Below are positions 11,501 to 22,790 of a stretch of 47,839 nt of DNA, in pieces. Both the position numbers and the translations under genes were made by a program. The number at the start of each line of letters is the position of its first letter. The stretch's first letter is position 1. The stretch is taken from assembly GCF_001194135.2 (NCBI RefSeq), contig NC_068994.1, positions 53,755,472 to 53,803,310 on the forward strand. The letters are read 5' to 3'. The notes below the pieces were generated by a model, which was given only the letters and a program-made list of their open reading frames with translations, was not told the origin of the DNA and searched no databases. This DNA comes from Octopus bimaculoides. Taxonomy: Eukaryota.

Positions 11501-12058
11501 TGCTAGTCACAATGTGCTTTGCATCATTTTAGCTTTCAAATGGTGCCACACTACTGTTTAAGCAAGCAGGCCAAATTCTTCATGGTCAGAAGGCCAGTCA
11601 GTAACAGGGTGTAATCATTTACAGCTGAGTGGACTGGAGCAATGTGAAATGAAGTGTTTGGCTCAAGGATACAAAGTGCTGCTCGGTCTGAAAATCAAAC
11701 TCACTACCTCATGATTGTGAGCCTGATGCTGAGTGAACTGGAGCAATGTGGAATAAAGTGCCTTGCTCAAAAATACAACACACAACCCAGTCTAGGAATT
11801 GAACTAACTACGTCATGATTGTGAGCCTGATGCTCTAACCACTGAGCCATGCGCCTGAGGCATAGAACTTGCATTAAACAGTTTTTCAACTTATTTTCTG
11901 CTGATTCACTTTCCTCTTTCTTTCTTTCGTTTTTTTTTCTTTCTTTATTATTCTATTTATATACTTTGTGGATGACAATATGAATCCAGTAATTATGATG
12001 TTGATGACCACGTTAAAATGCTTTTTATTTATTTTTTCCCTTCTGTTGCTTGTTTTAG

Positions 12059-13781
12059 AGCAAAGCAGAAAAAGCCTGAACAGCAGCTCTATGTACCAAG
12101 ACCTCGTCGTATAAAACAGCAGCTTTACCAGGATACTGACAACTATCAACAGCAGCAGCAACAGCAACAGCAGCAGCAGCAGCTGCACTACTCTACTGAG
12201 GAGGAAGATGATATACGAAGTGGTCAAGTTCCCTACCAACATGAACTGTCATCAAGTCTATGCAACAATGGTCAGTTGTCACAGCATGCTCGTAAAAACA
12301 CTTCCAAAAACGGATGTAACCTGAAAAAAAATCGGCGCGAAGTGGAAATCTATGTGCCACGTGCCAAGCGCCAAATGCAGTTGCAGAGTGGAGAAGGAGG
12401 TTTTGACGTAAATTCAAAGAGCATTCCTCCTGCAGACTGTCGGGAACCCACTTCTCCTTTAGACAGGATATCGAAAGATTACGACATAGAATCTTTGTCA
12501 GTGAATAATAATAATAATATTAATAATATGAATAGATCTGCTAGATGCCAGGATGCTGGTTGTGATATATATTTTCAGTTATCAAGATCACATCATGGTT
12601 TAGAAGGGTTTTCTCCTGGAATTAAGGACACTAACTCGGGAGTCCCTTGTAATTTTTCCAATAACGTTTCTCATAAGAGCGGCAAAGGTAAACGTTACGA
12701 ATATCATTGTAATTCCTCATCAGCAGATTTTGGCTATTCAGATAAAGACTCGCTGTCGCCTTTGTCGTTGAAATCTCAATCGGTTGCTGGCAACCATGAC
12801 AGAGAAGGCAGTTCATTCCACAGACCTGCTGCTGGTGCTGCTGCTGTTGCTATCCAAAGAACTAGATCTCCTGAAACAAGAGCCATTATCAACAAAGTGT
12901 CGCATAGGGATGGCATTGGCCAAGAAACTTCGAATCATAATCACAGCACTTCAATGTCTGCTCGAAAATACTCAAAAGAAGTTTCCCCAACACCCAACAC
13001 TCCACAGAATACGAAAACTGATCTGTCGAGTGCGTTTTCTACAGAATCTACGTGTGATTCTGACTCTGACATCAAATTGCCGAATGCGCTGTTTGTCTCC
13101 AGTAAAGACAATACACCTCTTGAGCCGTTCACCTTGGCTCAAGGAGAAGACCATCGGTCATCAGCTGAAAAAACTGTTCCAAATCAACAGAATGAGAGTT
13201 CGGTTAGTGTGACAAGGGAGAGGACTTTGCCGAATGCAAATTCTCTAAGCACAAAACAACGTTCTGACTCGACGAACTCTGAAAATGTCCATGCTTCTAC
13301 GTGTGACCAAACAGAATCGGAAGAAAGTTCAGAAACAGAAGCAGACCTTTCTCAATCTCACTCAGAAAATATGAACAGTTCACAGCCTGACTGTAATTCT
13401 TCTAAAACTAGCACAAATGAAAGTTATAGCAATGCTTGTGAGCTTTCTACAACTGATCAACAACAAGAGTCGGAACTATCTTGCTCAACAAACTGTGATG
13501 GTACTGGTTCAGGAGCTGAGAGCTCTTTGGACAGATCTTCTTCTTCCTCAAAATTAGATCAGTGTGATGGTGATATGAATTTTAAATCCAACAGCAGCAC
13601 TAAGACAACAACCACACCAAGTAAAGATTCTACTTGTTTGTCAGAGAGTACAGCCAAAACAGAGAAGTCTTCTCCACAGATGGCTACATCTACCACGTCT
13701 ACAGCAGTTGTTGATGATGAGTCATGGGAGGCATTATATGATGACAATGGAGATTGTTTAGAACCTCAAGCTTTGGAAGAG
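12059..13781 (+). CDS. R3HCC1: R3HCC1 homologue large exon (EJC-binding-like motifs, polyQ, S/T-rich region, DDESWEALYDDNGDCLEP motif)
   Basis: 1723-nt open frame inside ORF 12018..13799. Acceptor tgttgcttgttttag|, donor GAG|gtaagt. KKPEQQLYVPRPRR resembles R3HCC1 RKPDQPLYVPR; the terminal SWEALYDDNGDCLEP resembles the recalled R3HCC1L motif SWESMFNDDGDCLDP. Confidence 0.93.
12147..12182 (+). repeat. Coding CAG/CAA repeat encoding Q12
   Basis: CAA(CAG)3CAACAGCAA(CAG)5 within the large R3HCC1 exon. Confidence 0.95.
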
Positions 13782-13799
13782 GTAAGTTACATCTTTTAG

Positions 13800-14010
13800 T
13801 TGTTTCAGTCATTGAACTGCAGCCATGCTGGAGCACTGCTTTGACGGGCTCAGTTGAGTAAATCAACCGCAGTACTCATCTTTTTAAATCTGGTACTTAT
13901 TCTATCAGTCTCATTTGCTGAACTGCTAAGTTATGGAGTTGTTAACAAACCAACACTGGTTATCAAGCAGTGGAATGGGCGGAACAGATACAGATACACA
14001 CACATGACAG
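13800..14010 (+). mobile_element. SINE-like interspersed repeat (family E)
   Basis: tgtttcagtcattgaactgcagccatgctggagcac...gctgaactgctaagttatgga. Related copies at about 20940-21140, 36280-36500 and 42900-43075. Confidence 0.7.
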
Positions 14011-14040
14011 ACTTATGTACAGTTTCTGAATGTAATTTCA

Positions 14041-14400
14041 GTCAAAACGTAATGCCATTTTGTTTAGGACAGGTATAATTACCAACACAGGAACATGTAT
14101 TATACATCAAAATGAAGCTGGTCTTCTGTGGATCACATTCCTATTTAATATAGTCACCGTTTCTCTCAATAGCAATGTTCCACCTTCGAATGAGAGCATG
14201 TATCCCTTCCCCCGTAAAATTCTGTTGACTGTTCTTTGAGCCACTTTTTCACTACAGTTTTCACTTCCTTGTCACTGGACTAACGTGACTATGTTGAGAA
14301 GTAGGGATGTGATCCACAGAGGGCCAGCTTCATTTTGATGTATGATACATGGTCCTGTGTTGGTAATTATACCTGTCCTAAACAAAATGGCTTTTTTGAC
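14041..14400. repeat. Fold-back inverted repeat (about 110-bp arms), MITE-like
   Basis: Arms about 14054-14160 and 14282-14391; perfect 39-bp core 14054-14092 vs 14353-14391. Confidence 0.9.
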
Positions 14401-14641
14401 TCACCCTCGTAATAATAATTATAATAATAGAATGTCTTGTAGAGCTTCTACAGTAAGTTTGCCTCTTAGGGATAAGAAAGATTATCAGGAAGGTTCTAAG
14501 CACTTGAAAGACTATTGAAAGCTTGTGGATACCTAACGTTACAGGTAGTAACCTGCTACCCACAGAAATCCTACCAGGAATAAGATCGAACCTGAGTCAA
14601 ATCAATAATAATAATCATAATAACTATTCGTGTATTTGCAG

Positions 14642-14732
14642 TTGACAGCCAACATTGGGAAGGTGCAAATTCAGAAAAATAAAATTAATTACTTGGACTT
14701 TCAACCAAAAGATACCGAATTAGATTACAAAG
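14642..14732 (+). CDS. R3HCC1: R3HCC1 homologue exon
   Basis: tgtatttgcag| ... G|gtaaga, phase 0/1. Reads LTANIGKVQIQKNKINYLDFQPKDTELDYK, similar to recalled ITDNLTKKEIQIEKIHLD. Confidence 0.88.
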
Positions 14733-15596
14733 GTAAGAATTTAAGTCAGAATGGATAACGTTTCTTTATGGTGTTGCAGTTACCTCCCTTACTCCACTTT
14801 TTTCTTATTAGTCGACGTGAGACTCCCCCACCCCGTTCTAAATATGTGTGTGTGTGTGTGTGTGAGCATATGATGCACGCTGGTGAGAAGACTAATAGTT
14901 GAATAGAATTGCCTTGTAGTATCTATTCTGCTTGATGCACAGATCCCTTGGAAATGCAGTAAGCTTGTGGTTAGCTGTTTAGAATTTTATAACCTAAAGG
15001 TAAGATATAAAACAAAAACTAAGTAAAAAAAAATTGCCAACAGTACAAAAAGTGATATCACAGGGCTTAAGAGGGCTCTTTAGCCATGGCAGGGAAACCG
15101 CTGTAGTGTTAGAACTATGAAAAAATACATCCAGCTACAGAATTCATGCCAAATTGTGAGATTGGAGGCTGTGGTCATCTGACCCATTGAGTTCAGTTCA
15201 GCTGCTCTACCAGTGCCATCATGGATAGTGAATACCAACTGATAAAAGGCCCCTTTCGATCAAGAATGACCATGAGATTGCACCTAGAAAGTTCCCCTGT
15301 GATGCACAAGTCCGGGCAAGCTTGTTTGTGGAAGACCAGCAGTCCCTCATCCATACCAGCCTCCCCTCTCCACACCACTGATGTTACCCAAGGGAAAGAC
15401 AAAGGCCGATACAGCTTGGTACCAGTGCTGTCGCAACTCATTTCTACAGATGAGTGAACTAGAGCAATTTGAGATAAAGTTCTTGCTCAAGAACACAACA
15501 CAGACCCAGTCTGGGAATCAAACTCACTACCTCATGATTGTGAGCCCGATGGTCAAACCACTGAACCATGTAAATAATGATTTTGTATATGTATAT

Positions 15597-15646
<50 letters not shown>

Positions 15647-15866
15647 GATCACTGTTCAACATCCCTTTGTTGAGGCAGATTTTCAAGTGTTAGGCGCCCT
15701 TTCTGTTCAACCCTCACTTGTTTCCAAACAAGGTAGTATTTCTCCAGTGGCCGTGCATGTTTTCATGGAAAACTGGCAACAAATGTCATCACTTATATAT
15801 TTATAGCACTTATTTACAACTATTGCATGACATCAAGACAAGGAAACACAAACACGTGTGCATGCA

Positions 15867-15908
<42 letters not shown>

Positions 15909-16240
15909 TGCATACATACATGACAGGCATCTTTCAGCTTCTGTCTACCAAATCCCCTTGTAGGGCTTTGGTCGACCTGGAACTCTGATAAGAGACACTT
16001 GCCCAAGGTGGTATACAGTTAAAAACTTACAGGGGAGAGAGAGAGAGAGAGTGACTGGCACTTTGCAGTATAATGAAATATTGCCTGAAAAGCAATGATC
16101 TCACGGTTCAGGTCCCATCTTTGGCCCTGTTGCTCTTATTGTTCATGAATAGGTGCCTTATTGCAACTATTACCATAATTATTTTGTCATTGTTTTTTTA
16201 TTGCATATTTATTCTACTGTTTGTATATTTGTTATTCCAG

Positions 16241-16322
16241 CTTACGATCACGTACTTGAAGTTTTTGATTTCTCTTCCGAGCTACAAACCCGGGATATAA
16301 TTAGTGTGTTTTCAAATTTTAA
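16241..16322 (+). CDS. R3HCC1: R3HCC1 homologue exon, start of RRM-like domain
   Basis: gttattccag| ... AA|gtaagt, phase 1/2. Reads (A)YDHVLEVFDFSSELQTRDIISVFSNF(K), similar to recalled [26 protein letters not shown]. Confidence 0.9.
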
Positions 16323-16936
16323 GTAAGTATACATTCAATTCAGTTTGATTATTGTTGTTTGGGAGAAAGTTAGAAGAAAAATTACAAATACCACTAAAAT
16401 AAAACCAGAAAACAAAGAAAAATGCCCCAGCAAACTAAAACGATGTATTAATATGAAGATGCTGTAAACAAAGTAATATATAGAGGCTTACTTGGTTTGT
16501 GGCTTATATACAACAGTCTGATGGGGTTCAATATCATCATTTTACAGCTGCTTTTTGTTGGTACAGACGTTACTATGGGGTTAAGAAATTCACTTACCAA
16601 CCATATGGTTCCAGGTTCAGTCCCACTGCACGGCACCTTGGGAATGTGTCTTCTAATATTCCCTGGACTGACCAAAACTCTGTCTGAGTGGGATTTTGTT
16701 GACAGAAACTGAAAGAAACCTGGTATCGTCGTTGTCATTATCATCATCATCATCATCATCGTTTAACATCCAACAGTAAGATAAAGGTACAACTGTGGAG
16801 TTGAAATTAAATTCTTCAGATTTTGTAAATGAAAACAATTCACAAAAATTTCTAAGATAATATTCTTTTAAAAACAAATTTTAAGATGAAATCTCTAGCT
16901 TATTATGCAATTCATTCTTTTCATACAAATAATTAA

Positions 16937-17087
16937 TCTGTTGTGTTGGGGGAGAGTCATTCTCTTTTAGTGCCTTATAATTTAACACACTTTAGAAAAA
17001 TAAAAAAGAAATAAGTGGAAATTTTACTGGTGAGTGTGTTAAATAATAAGGCACTAAAAGAGAATGACTCTCCCCAGACACAACAGA
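16937..17087. repeat. Fold-back inverted repeat (55-bp arms)
   Basis: Arms 16937-16991 and 17033-17087; perfect 30-bp core 16949-16978 vs 17046-17075. Confidence 0.9.
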
Positions 17088-17202
17088 ATATGCTTCAACA
17101 CACAAACTCACATAAAGAATCTTGCAAACCAAATCCAAAAACGAAATTAATTAATCATTATGCTATTAATTAATGTTGTATTTTGTCTTTTCTGCTTCCC
17201 AG

Positions 17203-17273
17203 GGAACGGGGTTTTGATATCAAATGGGTCGATGATACTCATGCTTTAGCAATTTTTAATAGCCCTGTTGCTG
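17203..17273 (+). CDS. R3HCC1: R3HCC1 homologue exon, RRM-like core
   Basis: tctgcttcccag| ... G|gtaagt, phase 2/1. Reads [23 protein letters not shown], containing the family signature [11 protein letters not shown]. Confidence 0.95.
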
Positions 17274-18141
17274 GTAAGTATTATTCTTCAATGTCTGTTT
17301 AATTGCCTGTCTGCACAGCTTCCTTCATTTCTGCCTCCATCTCTTTCTCCTTCTTCTCTTCAGTATGTAACACAATGTTTATAAGGTGTGTACACTTTAA
17401 TCGATGATCACATGGCTTGTTCTACTGGGTCAGGGGTGACATCATCAATAGATGATATATGTTCTCATCAATTTGGGGTTTAATCTCCAAAGAATTTTCA
17501 CAGCGAGATTATATACAATTCAGGTCTTTCCCTGCTGTTTCAATCATAGTCACCATCTTCTTAAAGCCTAGTTTTTCCATGTTGGCATCTGTTAGATTAC
17601 ATCATGTGCCATGTGGTGTAATGTATAACCAAACTAGTATAGCTGGCTTTTTCAACAATTCAGTATATATATATATATATATATATATTAAATACATGTC
17701 TAAATATTAAATACATGTCTATGCCACTAATATTATCCAAGAGAAAGGCAAAGCCTAATACAGCTTGGCACCAGTGACATCACAACTCATTTCTACAGAT
17801 GAGTGAACTGGAGCAACGTGAAATAAAGTGTCTTGCTCAAGAGCACNNNNNNNNNNAACGTGAAATAAAGTGTCTTGCTCAAGAGCACAACACACAGCCT
17901 GGTTCAGGAATCAAACTCACTACCTTGTGATTATAAGCCAGATGCTCTAGCCATTGAACCATGTGCCTTCTAAACAGTAATCTAATAATGTATAAAGAGC
18001 TTGTTACTTTACCTCATAGCTCATTAATTGAAACATAGCTAAGAATGCAGTCAGGAAAGAGTTAGGAATGTACAGAACAAAATTACTGATAAATTCTTCT
18101 CTTCCAATCTGTATAATGTTCTTTCTATGATTTATTTTCAG

Positions 18142-18237
18142 CTAATGATGCTTTGGCCCAAAATCACCCACTTTTGAAAGTACGACCAATGTCAGAAGCT
18201 TCGAAAAAGTCTAAACAGAAAGCTAAACGTTGTACTG
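18142..18237 (+). CDS. R3HCC1: R3HCC1 homologue exon
   Basis: tttattttcag| ... G|gtaagt, phase 1/1. Reads (A)NDALAQNHPLLKVRPMSEASKKSKQKAKRCT. Confidence 0.92.
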
Positions 18238-18566
18238 GTAAGTTTGGCACCAATTCTTAAATTCTGAGTCAGTTCTGTAGTAAATTCATCTTTAGTTCTC
18301 TTGCTGTTGTTTTATTGTTTAGCGCTAGGTCAGCCCTGAATAAGCCAATCTGTGATTAAAGGCATTACAGCTGAGACCTTTCATTTACCATGTCTTTAGT
18401 TCCATCCCACTTTTTACCATTTTACCCTCTTGTCATCAAGTCTTTTCCTTCCTTTTTCACTTTCTCTCCCTTTGTTTATGACCCCTTTTCTGTCTCCCCC
18501 CTCTGTCTCTCCCTCTAACTCCTTTCCCCCCTCTCTCTACTCCTCTACCTCTTTCCCATCCTCTCT

Positions 18567-18597
<31 letters not shown>

Positions 18598-18799
18598 TCT
18601 TTCTCTCCTCATTTCACCCATTCACCTCTCTCTAAAATTCTATCCTCTTACTCCACTCATGTTCTAAATTGTTATCATATCTCTTTCACCCATGTCTCTC
18701 CCTACAACTCCTTCCCCCTTAAACACTGTCTACTTTGACTTTTTCTTGGCACGAATTTCATACAATGTAACCAGTCTAAACTATGGGTCCACATGAGGT

Positions 18800-19290
18800 T
18801 TAATGAGATCACAAGCAGGTGGACAGAGGGGACAGTCTGTGTGTATGAAAGAGGCACAGGAGTGACAAGTAATAGGACCTGTAAAATATATTATTTCAAA
18901 TGTTAAGAGGTTTCCCTAAAAGTACCTGGTAATGACTCTTCTCTGGGTGATCAAATTAGCAGTGAAAAGGGGCTGCCTGAAAAAGCTGACTAGCCAGAGT
19001 AAGAACAAGTAAACAAGAATTTCAAGGAGCTGTTACCTTTGTTGGCAACAAAGGGATTCCCCTGCCAAGTGTAGATTGTATGAAATTTGTACACAAAATG
19101 CAATGTTGCACAGCAACAAAACTTGGGCCCTAAATGTAGAGGTCATGTGATGACTGGGAAGAAATGAGGCAAACATATTACGCTGGATGTGGGATGTTGG
19201 CAGACATGAACTATGAAGCACAAATGAGCTGAGAGAAAATTCTGGATTTAAGAGGAATCCTGTGCTAGAGAAGAGACTGAACTGTGATGT
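18800..19290 (+). mobile_element. Degenerate RTE-type non-LTR retrotransposon fragment (post-RT region)
   Basis: Frameshifted peptides LGDQISSE, NFKELLPLLATKGF, AMLHSNKTWALNVE and GRNEANILRWMW are typical of the region after the RT core in RTE-like LINEs. Confidence 0.75.
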
Positions 19291-19451
19291 GTAAGAAAGA
19301 TGGTAGTTGTGAATATCGACCCAGTTTAGGTTTTGCACAAATGGAAAGAAATCCAGAAAGAATAGTATTTTTTTCTGAAGTATTGAATTATATATAAAGC
19401 ATTCCAACCCAAACACAGTTTAAGTGTTTATTGATTTTGTTTATTTTTCAG

Positions 19452-19592
19452 AGTTTCTACAGCCTTATAAACCAAGGCCAGAAACATCAGCTATTACAGC
19501 TCGCCGGATGGTTACAGGAGCTCTTGGTCTTACACCTCACATTTCTAAACAGAAACGAGATCAAGAACGCCAGCAACTAAAAGAAGCTAGAG
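19452..19592 (+). CDS. R3HCC1: R3HCC1 homologue exon, coiled-coil region
   Basis: ttatttttcag| ... G|gtaggt, phase 1/1. Reads (E)FLQPYKPRPETSAITARRMVTGALGLTPHISKQKRDQERQQLKEAR, containing the family motif RP.T...ARR.V..ALG. Confidence 0.93.
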
Positions 19593-20060
19593 GTAGGTTT
19601 CGCTAAGCAAAGTGTTAATGTTGAGCATTGTTGTAAGTGCTGGTGTTGTTGATTAGTCTGTTGTGAACTCTGATAAGATGGACCTGTGGCATGTAGGTAG
19701 CCACTTTGACTATTAGGTTCACTCAATATATCCATTTTTTAAGATATACAACACTCCCATCCGACTAAGGACCATACTGGCATTCCCATATACAGTGGAA
19801 ATTGTATGGAGTGCAGTGACACAGTTTAGATATGTTGTACTCTCTCTCCCTCATCAAGACTACTTCTGAATGCCTCTAATCTCAATTTGTGAAACTCACT
19901 GTATTCCAGCAGCTGATGGCTCACGGACTGGCACCGGTCCGTGGACCACCACTTTGAGTAGCACTGGTGTAAAGCATAATTTTAGAAACGACCAACCAAA
20001 CAATCCATGTCTATATCGGTCATTATTAAAAATAGATTTCTTTTTTCTTTTGTTTTTCAG

Positions 20061-20146
20061 AAAAGAAACGGCAGGACCGACTGACAAAGAATTCCATCTG
20101 GGATGGGAACATAGGAAAGTGTGCCATGGACACCAGTGATAATTAA
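20061..20146 (+). CDS. R3HCC1: R3HCC1 homologue last coding exon
   Basis: ttttttctttgtttttcag-type acceptor at 20060, phase 1. Reads (E)KKRQDRLTKNSIWDGNIGKCAMDTSDN* with TAA at 20144-20146; IWDG resembles the recalled R3HCC1L end IWEG. Confidence 0.88.
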
Positions 20147-20500
20147 ACTGTCTCACTGGAAACTCTTATCGCTGTGTCCACAGTGTCTACCAGGGCAAGA
20201 CAGTTGGAACTCACTGATCAGTAGTTTCAGACCTAAATGTCTGTTTTCACAACTGTCTCTCTGTTCCCTTCCCTCACCTCTCACCCACCCAATTCTCTCT
20301 CGTTCCACTATCCTCCCCACCATGACTTCAAACTTCACCACCCTCATCATCATCATCATCATAGTCTCAGCTAAATAGATTTAATAATGTTGGCATTGCT
20401 TGGCTACAGCCAATTTAAGCCAGAAACAACTAGATTAAACTAGTCCCTCTCCATGAAAACATCTGCAGTGCATGCATATATATATATATCTATATATCTA

Positions 20501-20690
20501 TATATAATTGTTAAAAAGGACAGCAAGCATTAAAGCAAGGCAAACATCTCAAGTCATATACATTATTATTATTATTGGAAAAAAAATTCAGTCTTACAGC
20601 TGTTTCTGGGATATTCCGGAATATCCCATAGGAGGGACTTGAGATGTTTGCCTTGCCTTAATGTTTGTTGTCCTCTTTAACAATTGTATA
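20501..20690. repeat. Fold-back inverted repeat (55-bp arms) with nested perfect 22-bp palindrome
   Basis: Arms 20501-20555 and 20636-20690 (50/55 complementary); TGGGATATTCCGGAATATCCCA at 20607-20628. Confidence 0.9.
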
Positions 20691-21143
20691 TATCCACTGC
20701 ATCGGAAATCTGCAATGGCTCCATAACTACCATCTCAGCTTATAACCTTGGAGCCCTAGTAATCCGTTACAGCACTTATGTAGCATTCCTTTTCATTTAG
20801 ATCACCTATGAACTAAACACCCATATTTTATATATGTGTGTGTGTAATATGTGTATGTGCCTGGATGTATATAATATATATGTGATATATATGTATGCAT
20901 ATAATATGAATGTGTATATTCTTTTCTTTTATTCTTTCGCTTGTTTCAGTCATTTGACTGTGGTCATGCTGGAGCACAGCCTCAAAGGGTTTTTTAGCTA
21001 AAGAAATTGACCCCAGGACATATTCTTTGTAAGCCTAGTACTTATTCTATTGGTTTCTTTTGCTGAACTGCTTAGTTACAGAGACATAAGCACACCAACA
21101 TCGATTGTCAAGCGATAGTTGGAAAGACAAACACAGACACACT

Positions 21144-21195
<52 letters not shown>

Positions 21196-21744
21196 TACGA
21201 CGGGCTTCTTTCAGCTTCCGTCTACCAAATCCACTCACAAGACTTTGGTCAGTATATATTTGTGTGTGTGTGTGTGTGTGTGTAGGCATACATATATATA
21301 TATATCAAACCAAGGGTTATGAAGGAAGGCCCTACTGAAGTCATCTTTGACTTTCATCCCTTTGGGGTTGGTAAAGTCTTAGTTAAGTATAGGGGTCGAT
21401 GTAATGGATATGACCCCCTCTCCTCAGAATTGCTGGCTTGAACCCTACGATAGATTGGTGTCCCGTTCAGGAAGGATGTTGTGATCTTGGTCACTTATAT
21501 GTAATGGAAACTGTGGACAACTGACTTCATGAATCCCAAAGGTCAAGAAATATATATTTATATATATGTATGTATATACACACACAAATTGTGTGAGTGT
21601 GTAGTTGGCAGTTTCATTGCTAGAAGTTGATTGAAGACTTGAAGGAGGAACACTCCTTCATCATAAAATCAGTAGAAGTTAAATCGATTTACATTTAATT
21701 AACTATTCCTTCATCTGTAAGCTGTGGCCTTGTGCCCATGTTAG

Positions 21745-21775
<31 letters not shown>

Positions 21776-21777
21776 TA

Positions 21778-22200
21778 AGGTGGCAAGCTGGTAGAAGAAT
21801 CATTACTGCACTGGGCAAAATGCTTAGGAGCATTTTGTCTCTTTATGTTCTGAGTTCGAATTCCGCCAAGGTCAACTTTGCCTTTCATCCCTTTGGGGTC
21901 GATAAATTAAGTACCAGTTGGACACTGGAGTTGATGTAATCGACTTACCCCCTCCCCCGAAATTACTGGCCTTGTGCCAAAATTTGGAAGCATTATTAAG
22001 AAGCTGTGGAATTTCAGAATTAGTGTCAAACAAAATGCTTTGTGGTATTTAGTTATGGCTCTTTACATTCTGAGTTCAAATCTCGCCAAGGTCAACTTTG
22101 CCTTTCATCCCTCCGAGGTTGATAAAATAAAGTACCAGTCATGTATTAGGGTTTATTAATTCATCCCTTTCCTTCAGATTTCTGGCCTTGTGCTTATGTT
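21778..22200 (+). mobile_element. Two tandem family-A SINE copies
   Basis: Same head, B-box-like GAGTTCGAATTCC and TAAGTACCAG body as the 40.6-41.7 kb array. Confidence 0.75.
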
Positions 22201-22557
22201 TATAGATCATTTTTAAAGGGTAACATGTGAAAATGAATATAACACATGGCCTATCTTCTCAAAAGACAAAAAGGGTTTCCGATCACCATTTTCCCCCCAT
22301 TGCTTTTTTTGGTCTNNNNNNNNNNTACCAGTCATGTATTAGGGTTTATTAATTCATCCCTTTCCTTCAGATTTCTGGCCTTGTGCTTATGTTTATAGAT
22401 CATTTTTAAAGGGTAACATGTGAAAATGAATATAACACATGGCCTATCTTCTCAAAAGACAAAAAGGGTTTCCGATCACCATTTTCCCCCCATTGCTTTT
22501 TTTGGTCTTCCATACATGTAGCACACATAATTCACCTCCACTTCATACCCTGATGTG

Positions 22558-22790
22558 GAGGCGTGTGGCTTAGTGGTTAAGGGTGTTGAACTCATGATCG
22601 TAAGTTTGTAGTTTTCGATTCCTGGACAAGGTGACGCGTTGTGTTCTTGAGCAAGACACTTCATTTCACATTGCTCCAGTCCACTCAGCTGGCAAAAATG
22701 AGTAACCATGCAACGGACCAGCATCCCATCTTGGGGATAATATAGATGCACCACGGCAACTGGGATACTGGGCCCTTATGAGTCAGTATG
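22558..22790 (+). mobile_element. tRNA-derived SINE (family C)
   Basis: A box TGGCTTAGTGG (22566-22576), B-box-like TTCGATTCC, and body cttgagcaagacacttcatttcacattgctccagtccactcagctg. Reverse copies at about 11615-11860, 15400-15570, 17755-17970, 35855-35985, 37935-38025 and 42795-42895. Confidence 0.75.

Noticed and set aside
12018-12058. ATG start of the 593-aa ORF (MLFIYFFPSVACF)
   Set aside because: This is the polypyrimidine tract and acceptor; the exon starts at 12059. Likewise the last six codons (13782-13799) are intron.
17815-17888. Exact 32-bp direct repeat around a 10-N gap
   Set aside because: Same scaffolding artefact.
22133-22508. Exact about 183-bp direct repeat on both sides of a 10-N gap
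   Set aside because: Identical sequence flanking a placeholder gap indicates an unmerged contig overlap, not a biological duplication.
22558-22630. tRNA-like A/B boxes (here and in other SINE heads) as tRNA genes
   Set aside because: No complete cloverleaf, and each continues into a shared SINE body.
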